DNA of 20,000 nucleotides from Perkinsus olseni (Eukaryota): NCBI GenBank assembly GCA_013115125.1, contig JABANN010000103.1, positions 52,266 to 72,265 of the forward strand, read 5' to 3'. Shown piece by piece: positions 10,740 to 20,000 of this stretch (position 1 is its first letter; each line of letters starts with the position of its first letter). The notes under the pieces were generated by a model. It saw only the letters and a program-made list of their open reading frames with translations, ran no database searches and was not told where the DNA came from. The position numbers and the translations under genes were made by a program.

Positions 10740-13700
10740 ATGGATTCAGCACTTGATTCCCCAGTCGCCGTTGCAAGGCCTTCCGCGGCCGCTAACTGCC
10801 TCTCCCGGTGCACTCGACTGTGTTTCCGCAAGTCGGTTGCTCTTGTATACCGGAATAGAAGTGAACTACTGCTGTATCTTCAAATAGGATTGGTGATGTT
10901 GATGGCGGCGGGGCTTGGGCCGGCTAACAGACCCCTCGGTGAGTGGAATGGGAGGCTTTCAGTTTGAGCCGTTGCATTGGTCACTCCAGTGCAATTCTCC
11001 GCCGCGGAATCTGTTCCACCGCTTCGAGTGGTAGTCCATGCAGGAGATCCTCGCTCCAACTCCAGGTGTTACCATGGCAGTTGTTTTTTCGTCTCGATCA
11101 GGTCGGATTTTGATGGTTCTCATATCATCGCTTGTCTTCGTTGCCACGAGCCCGATGAGCCTGGGGACTCAGCATCATGACAAGAGCATCAGACGCAGCA
11201 AGGGAATGCATTTCCTGGTAGTACTGTTGGGATTGTGCAAGGTGATTATATGGGGATGGCCCGCTGGTTGTTGGATGGGATTTCCTGTCACACTCGCGAA
11301 GCGTCACAGAACTTGCTATGTCCCATCGAAGCGTCAAGCTCGTGCTATGAGCGTTGACTGTACACGACCTAGATTTGCAGGGTATGTATTTATCGATTTA
11401 ATCAGCAATTCTTCGAGCGATGTGCTCCTCCGAGAAAATATATGCTTCGCATTACGGTATCAGACACCATGTAGGATTCCGTCAGGCACCTTTGTGTGTA
11501 CCTTTCATACTCTTCCTGGTCTTGAAGCCGTTTGGGATGCCCCGGTCATCGTCCTCCGGAGTCGTCCTAGTGGATCCCGGCACGGGTCGACAGGAGATCC
11601 AGAACTTACTTCCAGGTCAGCGCCCGTGAGCCTCGTGTCACTGCGGTCTATCTAGTTTTCAGGGACGTCGGTCGTGATACCGGCTAGATTTGAAGCTGAC
11701 TATTTGGTGAAGACGATTTATTACACTTTTCTCTATACTGAACCAGATTTGCTAGCGGAAATTCTCGTGGTCGATGATAACTCAGAGGAGCCATTAGAAC
11801 CGTTGGTGGTGCAGTCCTTCGAGGAAGGCGGTGTACTGGAGAGTCTAACACCTGAACAGAAGGCTAAGATACGGATACTTCGATTACCGGAGCGTGAAGG
11901 CTTAATACGAGCTAAAATCATCGGAGCTGACTCGGCCCGCGGTGCCTATATTCTGTTCTTGGACGGCCATTGTAGAGTTGTACCGGGTTACATGCAGTCC
12001 ATGATCAACATGATAGCTAATAATGGATACAAGACCATTGTTACTCCTATTGTCACCGATGTTAATGGTGAGAGTATATCGTGCGGCGGGTGAACATGAA
12101 TGCCATATTTTGTAGGAACCACATGGGAGCACAGGTCGATGGACGGAGGCTCAAAGATGATGTTCGAATGGAACTTCGAGTTCTACTGGTTTGAAGATAA
12201 TAACGATGAAGTGCCAATAGCAGTCGGCGGAATCCAGCTTATGACCAAACGTTGGTGGACAGAGTCCGGTGGATACGATCAGGGTAATATCACCGGTCAC
12301 TCGGTTCGCTCGGGGCCGCTGGACTCCCACATCGAAGGAAATTTCGAGTGTTTGCCGTCTTCAGGTATGCTTGATTGGGGTGGAGAGAACATCGAGCAGT
12401 CCTTGCGTGTTTGGATGTGCGGCGGGAAGATACTTGTTGATCGTGAGGCTAAGATTGGTCATATATTTGAGCGCCCAGCTCCCAAGAATAAAGTTCGAAG
12501 CGGACAGGTAGAGTTGGGATTTTGGTTCGATTGACCTACTGATGTTGCTGAAATTCAAAACGGCACTTAGTACCTCATCATCACTTCTCCACTTGCACGA
12601 CTGCCGTTGTGGCCGCGCGGGACATCTTATTATCGTGCCCTCATCTTTGCATGTAGCAATGCCACAGAAGCATTTTTACGTTACGGACTGTACCTAAACA
12701 GGTAGACGACGTCGGGCGCTTCGGTTCTTTCGCGTTGCACTGGGCAGCCTTGCGTTACTCGTGTACATGGTGAAGTTCCTTACTATTCTGAGGCTTGTTA
12801 GGCTGCTGGCACTATCGCATTCTGTCGATAGGAAAGAGAATAACAATTCGGGCGTGCCGATTCCGAGATAAAGTCCTTTGTTAGGTCCAACGTAACCACG
12901 CTCGCGCAGCCTTTCTTTATTTGGACGATAAGCTCGACTGGTTCATGGATCACCATGGATCGGCTGCCTATGAGATGACTCATAACCAGATGGGGCCTCA
13001 TATTGGCGATAGACTTGCTGTAGACAAACTGAGCGGGTCAGCAGGGATATTCACAGATCGTGCGATGTCAGGTGCGGCATAATCTCCAATGCAAGTCTTT
13101 CGAGGAGGGGTTCATGGACCGCTTCTGGTCGGTGTTCGAGAACCAAGGCCTACTGCTTGATCAAATGCATACGATACGCCATAAAGAGAGCGGTCTGTGT
13201 CTTGCTCTGGTAAGGGTCGCCTGCTGTGTTGACGTATATCGATCGGTTGAACGCCTTCTGGTCGGATTGAGTAGCGAAGCGGGCGTATGGAAATGGAACC
13301 ATTCTGAATCTTCCGGAATCATGCGTGAACACGAAGCTAAATTTTCCCCGAGTGTGTCTTTTCCTGAATACACTAAGTATCATACTTAGTATCATAGTAC
13401 AAGTATCATACTTGAAGTATGTTTCCTTAGATGCGAACGACTAAGGAGTCCAAAGTGAAGGACGAGAATGCCCAAGTCGAGCTGAGATACAGACCATGCA
13501 ATCCTCAGGATACGGGGATGATCTGGACCAGGGTAATATACGCCCACAAGCTGGCACATGTTGCCCTTGGATAAACTCTCTCCTCCGTGTCGAGTCCGCG
13601 CGCATTTCGATCGATCAGACCCACTCTGGCACTCGAGTCTACAACAAGCGGTATAACCGTTGTCTTGATCGTGGAAACAAGCCGTTCGGTCGAGCGCAAC

Positions 13701-14135
13701 TAGTAGTCTACGGCTGTGACCAACATCAGAGCAACATCAATCAGCGATGGTACTGGGATGAAGATCGCATATATAGGTGAGTTGAGCGCTGTAATGAAGA
13801 TCGTTTCGAAAGAGTAGTCTTTTCCCCCAGTCCCAGTCGGCCGATTACATCGTTCCGAGCACAGGCCGTGAAGGTGGATGAGAATAGCGAGGAGTCTCTT
13901 TGCATCGTAGGACCGCATGCCGATGGAAAGCAGCTAGATGTGCCTCCTGAGCAGGCATCTAAAGGAGGTAGGTGAAATCTGTAGCTGAACTGCCCTTCGT
14001 TCACGACCGTAATTTTCAGCCGATTTGGTGAAGGAAGCGAACAAGTACCCTCTGGTGTATATGGAGCCGTGCCAGCCTCGACCGGAACCAGGCCAACCCG
14101 CCTTAGCAGACCCGTTCGAGTTCGAGTCGATTTAA
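10740..14135 (+). CDS. GALNT: Polypeptide N-acetylgalactosaminyltransferase (GT27) with ricin-B lectin domain and a 3-TM SLC10/BASS-like N-terminus, copy 1 (12 exons, 648 aa predicted)
   Basis: Exons 10740-10938, 11102-11217, 11486-11615, 11663-12067, 12116-12283, 12365-12507, 12885-13019, 13072-13209, 13431-13532, 13619-13776, 13831-13967, 14020-14135 (1947 nt, in frame, all GT-AG). Motifs: LPGTSVVIP, EILVVDDNS, REGLIRAKIIGA, FLDGHC (DxH), [37 protein letters not shown], ricin repeat CLDRG..NQRW. Confidence 0.93.
13372..13420. repeat. Intronic microrepeat (AGTATCATA x3) forming two perfect palindromes
   Basis: ACTAAGTAT-C-ATACTTAGT (13372-13390) and CAAGTAT-C-ATACTTG (13400-13414), just upstream of the 3' splice site at 13430. 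Confidence 0.8.
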
Positions 14136-14668
14136 ACACCATTTTTCTCGTTTTTGTTGGGGCTGTGCGTGGCGGAAGTTACCCTGCCGCTCAAACTATT
14201 TCAGTCGTAGCTATGAAGTTATTGCTAGTCCTGACAACGATTCTTTGACATAGTTCGAAGTACGTCGTCCAGGAATTGAACCCGGGTCCTTTTCCGCAGA
14301 TTGCTGCTCCTGCTTGTTTTATGACCCCATCGTTACTGAATGAAATGCAATTCATGTAATAGTAGCTACCATTATGTCCAGTACCCAATATCTGTTCTTC
14401 TCTTGCCGCAATAGAATTGTGTTCCGGTTGTCAATGTCTAGGAATCACTAACAGCTCTCGGTCGCACATCCTAACTGGATCTCTGGGTTGGTTCGCCTGT
14501 CCTTCCATTCCGCAGACTGTCCAGCAGCGCTTCTACGCGTGTCGAAGCCGCGCTTTACTTCGACTGGGGTAGACTACCCGTAGTATCTCGTGATGTACAG
14601 GGGCCGAGCATACAGTGCCTATGGTCGAGCAGTGAATTTGGGAAAGTTCCTTGATTGTCTCATTTTTC

Positions 14669-17600
14669 ATGAGCAACCTGTCCAGTCTGTCTGGTGGTTC
14701 CCCCCGGGAGTCCTCGAGACGGTTGGTCGCCTTCCTCTACCGCACGCGTGAGGAGTTGTTATTGTATTTTCAAGTTGGATGTGTCATGACAATTGCGGGG
14801 TGGCTGGGGCCAGCTAACCGCCCGATTGGTAGTTCGGGGGCCTTGAATGTACGCAAGCGATCATCTCAGCTTTGTTCACATTCAGGGCGGGTATTGATGA
14901 TGATGCTGGCGTCTATACTGTTCGTGGCGACAGGCTCCCTGAGCCTCGGTACCAAGCATTTAGACACCAGTATCAGACGGAGCAGGATGATGCACCTTCT
15001 CGTAAGGACAGGCCGGAAAGGTATTCGAAGCGGTGTATTTGCAGTGCGAATTCCGTCGCCGGATAATCTCTTGAAACCACTTGTTTGCGGTGTACCGTCG
15101 TTGATCAATCAAGCGTTAGTGACGCAGTCGATGCAATTTCTGGGAAACAAACCATCCGTGCTGATTGGTGACATGGGCAGGTATACGGAAAGTTATCTGG
15201 TATCCCTTTCTCATTTTGTTCCGTGTCGAAAGAACATGAGTTATCGACGGATAATCCGGAGCCGCGACTCCGAGCAAGTTCCTAGTTGACAGCATTCTCT
15301 CGAATCCTGGGGGCGTGGCGGGGGCGAGCTCAGCTCCTGCATGATGACGATATTGGTCAAATCGAAGTTAGACTCGCGGTCACCAACACCTGGGATATTC
15401 TGGACTGCCGGCTCCAAGTCAGGCGTACGGAACTTCAGCCTTCCAACAGCAATTGATAGGTGTTCGACTCTCCAGAAGAAAATTGAATTTAAATTCATAG
15501 CCGATCCTCCTTCCCAGACTGAATCATCGAGCCGACTTCAGTCACTGCCCTTTGATGCCTCTTTTTGAACCGGCATAGACAGCGAGCCGCTGATGGGTCC
15601 GGTCTCAGTTGTATCCCATCAGGCACCAATAAGCGGCCCATTGGTCTTGTTCTTTTTCCTGGAGCCATACGGCTCTCCTCAGTCTCGTTCAGCTGGCGTC
15701 GTGCTGGTTGATCCGGGCACGGGTCGGCAGGAAGTTCAGGATCTGCTGCCCGGTAAGCTCCACGGAGGGCAGCTGCATCCTCATTGGAATGTCGGGGAAA
15801 CGCATCACCGCGGGGAAACTGTCGTTGTCTATCAGGGGCCACTGTCGTGATTCCAGCCAGATTCGAAGCCGACTACCTTGTGAAGACCATCTATTATACC
15901 TTCGAGTACACGCCGCCTCAACTCTTAGCGGAAATTCTCGTGGTCGATGATAACTCAGAGGAGCCATTGGAGCCGTTGGTGGTGCAGTCCTTCGAGGAAG
16001 GCGGTGTACTGGAGAGTCTTACGCCGGAACAGAAGGCTAAGATACGTATACTTCGACTGCCAGAGCGTGAAGGCTTAATACGAGCTAAAATTATCGGAGC
16101 TGACTCGGCCCGCGGTACCTATATTCTGTTCTTGGACGGCCATTGTAGAGTTGTACCGGGTTACATGCAGTCCATGATCAACATGATAGCTAATAATGGA
16201 TACAAGACTATTGTTACTCCCATAGTGACTAATGTCAACGGTAAACTATGGAATTGATGTCGAATGGCTAGGAGCCCCGCAGTCTCAGGTACCTCATGGG
16301 AGCATATGTCTCTTGATGGCGGGGCGAAGATGATGTTTGAATGGAACTTCGAGTTCTACTGGTTCGAAGATAATAACGACGAAGTGCCAATAGCAGTTGG
16401 TGGAATCCAGCTTATGACCAAACGTTGGTGGACGGAGTCCGGTGGATACGATCAGGGTACATGCCGCTGTCGAGAGTGCTAGTTTCGTCGTTACGTTTAG
16501 GTATGCTTGATTGGGGTGGAGAGAACATCGAGCAGTCTTTGCGTGTTTGGATGTGCGGCGGGAAGATACTTGTTGACCGTCAAGCCAAGATTGGTCATAT
16601 TTTTCAACGACCGGCGCCCAAAAACAAAGTTCGGAGTGGACAGGTTCCCGACGCAACCGGGGGATCGGCTCGGCCGACTTGTGGTTTTCTAATCAGGTTC
16701 AGCGTAATCATGCTCGGGCAGCGTTCCTATACCTCGACGACAAGCTAAACTGGTTCCTGGATAACCATGCCTCCGCTAGAGCTGAGATATCTAAACATCA
16801 ACTTGGACCTCACGTTGGTGATAGGCTAGCGGTAAGGAATTGCTACTGTACGCCGCTTTTGGTTGGCCGGTTTGCCAGCTTCTTTGAGCCTCTTTTCCGG
16901 TAAGCCCGGGTCGGTTCTACTGTATGGAAAAGGGTCAGATCAGGTCCGCCATAGGCTGCAGTGCAAGTCTTTTGACGAGGGCTTCATGGTACGCTTCTGG
17001 TCTGTATTCGAAAACCAGGCGTTGCTGCTCGACACAGTACACCTCCTCAAGCACAAAAGAAGCCGCCTGTGTCTCGCTTTGGTATGTATTCCCCATGGAG
17101 GTCTACCCGGCAATCCGCTTAGACTCTCGCTGGCACCCCGCTCGCCTCCTTGCCTTATCGAGGAGTTTACTGAACTCGTTGCGCTCTTTGTGTACTTCTA
17201 TGGTCCGAGAGATCTATCAATCCTGCTCACCTTCATAGATCCGTACCACCAAGGACATGCATGTGAAGGACGCGAACGCCCAGGCTGAGCTGCGCTTGAA
17301 GCCCTGCAATCCTCGCGACAGCGGCATGCTCTGGATGCGAGTAAGATTTCTGCTCTGCGGAAATCTATCAACCTCGTTTCCAGGGCTACTCAGGGACTAG
17401 GTTGGTGAACAAGCGGTTCAATAAATGCATCGATCGTGGGAATAAACCGTTCGGTCGAGCTCAAGTGATAGCCTTCGCGTGCGACCGTCGTAACACCAAT
17501 GCCAATCAGCGATGGTACTGGGATAATGGCCGTATATACAGGTGGGCTACCTGATCGTGTCGTCATTTAGTCTGCTCCCGCAGGGGTCGACGTTGAACTG

Positions 17601-18186
17601 TGGTTCCACTTGTTGGAGCTAGTAGCGTATAGCAAGCTCATCTCCCAGAGCGGGTGCGTGTACTTATTGCAGCCCCAATCGTGGTCTGAGCTCCTTTCGT
17701 GCTCCCCCCGCTGGTGTGGATGAGGACAGCAGTGGTACCATGTGCGTATCTGGACCAGCAGCTGATGGAAAGCAGCTGCAGGTCACACAACAGGACAAGA
17801 GTGATTCCAAAAGTGAGGCTTACTTCTGTCGGCGGGAGCATCTGCCGGCAACATCATGTCGTTAGCCGTACGTCGAGTGCTTTCGCACTCCGTAGCAGCC
17901 GGGGGTATCATTGGATCCACCGTGGCAAGCGTGCTCAGGGTGTCACTTTTAGACGTGCAACATGGAATGCCGCTCGCTATTTTAACTGGGATGGTTCGCT
18001 AGTGCTTGTGAAATATGAGTTGCTGGCAGGAAGCTCCTCATGCTGTTGCACTCAGACGACCTCCTCAAAACGGCAAACAAATTCCCGAGAGTTTTCATGG
18101 ATCCTTGCCGACCTAGGCCGAAATCCGGTCAGCATGGACACCCTGCGGATTTGTTCGAGTTCGAGGCTGTTTATTTACGCAGTTGA
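14669..18186 (+). CDS. GALNT: Polypeptide N-acetylgalactosaminyltransferase (GT27) with ricin-B lectin domain and a 3-TM SLC10/BASS-like N-terminus, tandem copy 2 (12 exons, 641 aa predicted)
   Basis: Exons 14669-14828, 14886-15001, 15623-15752, 15836-16240, 16289-16456, 16501-16643, 16697-16831, 16944-17081, 17239-17340, 17384-17541, 17673-17812, 18056-18186 (1926 nt, in frame). Exons 2-10 have exactly the same lengths and phases as in copy 1, and the DGH, WGGEN, GHIF and C(L/I)DRG..NQRW motifs are shared. Confidence 0.93.
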
Positions 18187-18274
18187 TTTCGCCGTATGTT
18201 CTGCGCGTTTCCACGGTTGCTTGGTCGTGTTACGAGAGCTATGTTTACCTTGCTCGACTGCAGTTCTTGTATTG

Positions 18275-19840
18275 ATGGTCGTACCTCTCTCCGCACCCAG
18301 AGTTGTACCCGAGGTCTCGCCAAGGTGAGTGTGTAGCCGAGTATCCCGCCAATGATGCTACTTCAAGAAACACTGGTCATTGCCAGCAGCATCCGGAGCC
18401 GCATCCTAAGCTCCGCTGGAGAGCGAAGCTATGACGCCAGTATCTTTTTGTTCTCAGTCCCGAGACGTTGCGCGCAACGGAGAATGCGTCTTTGAACGCC
18501 TCTATATGCTTCATCACGGCGATCGGAGATCGGTGTCTTGTTCTGCTGCGATACAGCGCGAGCGATGTCGCATCGGTTAAATCACACGAAGGGGACAGAC
18601 CTTCCGAGGACAGCAAGTACAGACTAGCCCTTAGTGCGATCAACACGAGGTGGGAAAATCCCGGCATCCACGTGAGGGAGTCGCGCTTCCAGCACATGAA
18701 TTTTCCACCGGCTCCAGCCAAGGGTGTTTATCGTCTTCCGTATTCCTCTCGCGGGAATTCCCAGCATCGAACTTCGTTGACGGTTTCGTGACCTTCACTG
18801 TTCGGTCAGGTCCCCGCTTGATCTAATTGATGTTGCAGTGAGGGTCTTGGACCTCACTGGCTCAGCTTACGGCGGAGCAGCACGGGCAAGAAGTGGGGGA
18901 CGACCGAGGTAATTAGTAGCCCTCATGATTGCTTGGATGAATTGTCTCAGGGTTGGCAGTGGATCTCGCATCTTGTCACACCACTTCGGGTTCGCTCTGT
19001 CGGCAATTGAGCGAGCGTTTCCAAGTAGCGAGCCCCGCTGCGTCCTCTTCAAGATGTGGAAGGGCGGCGGGCTCTGGAGGGGTGTGTCACGCTGGCACAC
19101 ACTTCCCACAGAATGTTTCTTCTGCTCAGGTGTTTTGTCCACTCCATTGCCGGCCGCAGAACCGATCCTGACTGTCTCCCAGGTGCTTTCCTGGCCCGAC
19201 ACAATCAAGAGCATTGATGCTACCTTCATCCCTGGTAAGTCGTCCTCAGTTCAGACGAGGGCACGGGAACGTTCAATTCGACCGAACGGAGAACCAGACA
19301 ACCATCCGTCTGTTGCTATAACCGCCCGTCTTCGACTCAATCAATCTCCGCTGTAACAAAGTGAAATCCAATCTTACATGCAGTTTGAGCTGGGGAGGGC
19401 TAAGTCGGTCGAGCAGGGGTTAACCCCTTTGTTTCTGCAGGACTGGGCCCTGTTGCCATCGCCATTGCGGACGGTATACTCGAAGGTGAAGATCCACAGG
19501 ATGACGATGAAGATTGGGACGGAACGTGAGTCTGTCTCTTGGTTCGGCTCTTTGGGTATAGCCTTTTCCCAGGGTTTTCGGGCCAGGGATTCACGAGAGG
19601 AAATCGCCAGCTTGCTCGCTGCTGAGGTACTACCGACGACGGGTTCTACTGGGTGTTAGCTTGCTTCGGTGTATCCTGTCTGGTCCGAAAAAGTTGTCGG
19701 AGAAAGTGCGCAGGAAGGGCTTCAGATCAGGGCGACTGAACTCACAGCAATTCACCAATTTGGTTCTCCATAACTTATGGGTCATAAGACGATGTCAGCC
19801 ATCATTCTACTGTATTGGCTGTCAAGGGAGGAACTCATAA
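18275..19840 (+). CDS. Multi-exon hypothetical protein (3' end uncertain)
   Basis: Phase-consistent GT-AG path: MVVPLSAPRVVPEVSPS|PETLRATENASLNASICFITAIGDRCLVLLRY..LALSAINTR|SPLDLIDVAVRVLDLTGSAYGG..RPR|VGSGSRILSHHFGFALSAIERAFP..|..VLSWPDTIKSIDATFIPG|LGPVAIAIADGILEGEDPQDDDEDWDGT|VFGPGIHERK... No family recognised. Confidence 0.55.
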
Positions 19841-19927
19841 CTGAAAATGCGTCATGCAGCCGTGCAACAACTTGTACATTATGAAACAAATCACAAGCCG
19901 AGGCAATCCTATATCATGAGAACTCGA

Positions 19928-19928
<1 letters not shown>

Positions 19929-20000
<72 letters not shown>
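19929..20000. repeat. Terminal poly-G homopolymer (72 nt), probable sequencing or assembly artefact
   Basis: An uninterrupted G run to the end of the window. Poly-G tails are the known no-signal artefact of two-colour Illumina chemistry. Confidence 0.7.

Noticed and set aside
17699-18328. Long ORFs in the track (17699-18328, 11038-11655, 14651-15289, 3524-3970) as stand-alone genes
   Set aside because: They are intron read-throughs, off-frame overlaps or antisense shadows of the spliced genes described above.
19929-20000. Poly-G as a G-quadruplex or telomere-like element
   Set aside because: A pure homopolymer at the window end is better explained as a two-colour sequencing artefact.
1-20000. 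CRISPR arrays, rRNA/tRNA genes, prokaryotic defence systems, TPP riboswitch
   Set aside because: I saw no repeat-spacer arrays or recognisable structural RNA motifs, and the sequence is clearly spliceosomal-intron-containing eukaryotic DNA.

Overview
Eukaryotic, gene-dense and intron-rich DNA with many ~45-100 nt GT-AG introns and very short spacers. The style resembles a Perkinsus-like alveolate, which is an inference only. The six-frame ORF track shows only exon fragments, so I assembled the genes by hand. The left half is on the minus strand: a poorly resolved hypothetical gene, then an IRAK/Pelle (RLK-like) cytoplasmic kinase that splices in phase into a C-terminal UIM + UBA module, then a possible small gene. 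The right half is on the plus strand: a zf-HIT ZNHIT3/Hit1 box C/D snoRNP assembly factor, two tandem 12-exon polypeptide GalNAc-transferases (GT27 + ricin lectin), and a hypothetical gene. The window ends in a poly-G run that is probably an artefact. Most interesting: both GalNAc-transferases replace the usual single signal-anchor and stem with three hydrophobic helices resembling the N-terminus of an SLC10/BASS (SLC10A7-like) transporter. The two copies also show exon-restricted patches of near-identity, suggestive of gene conversion, against otherwise saturated synonymous sites.
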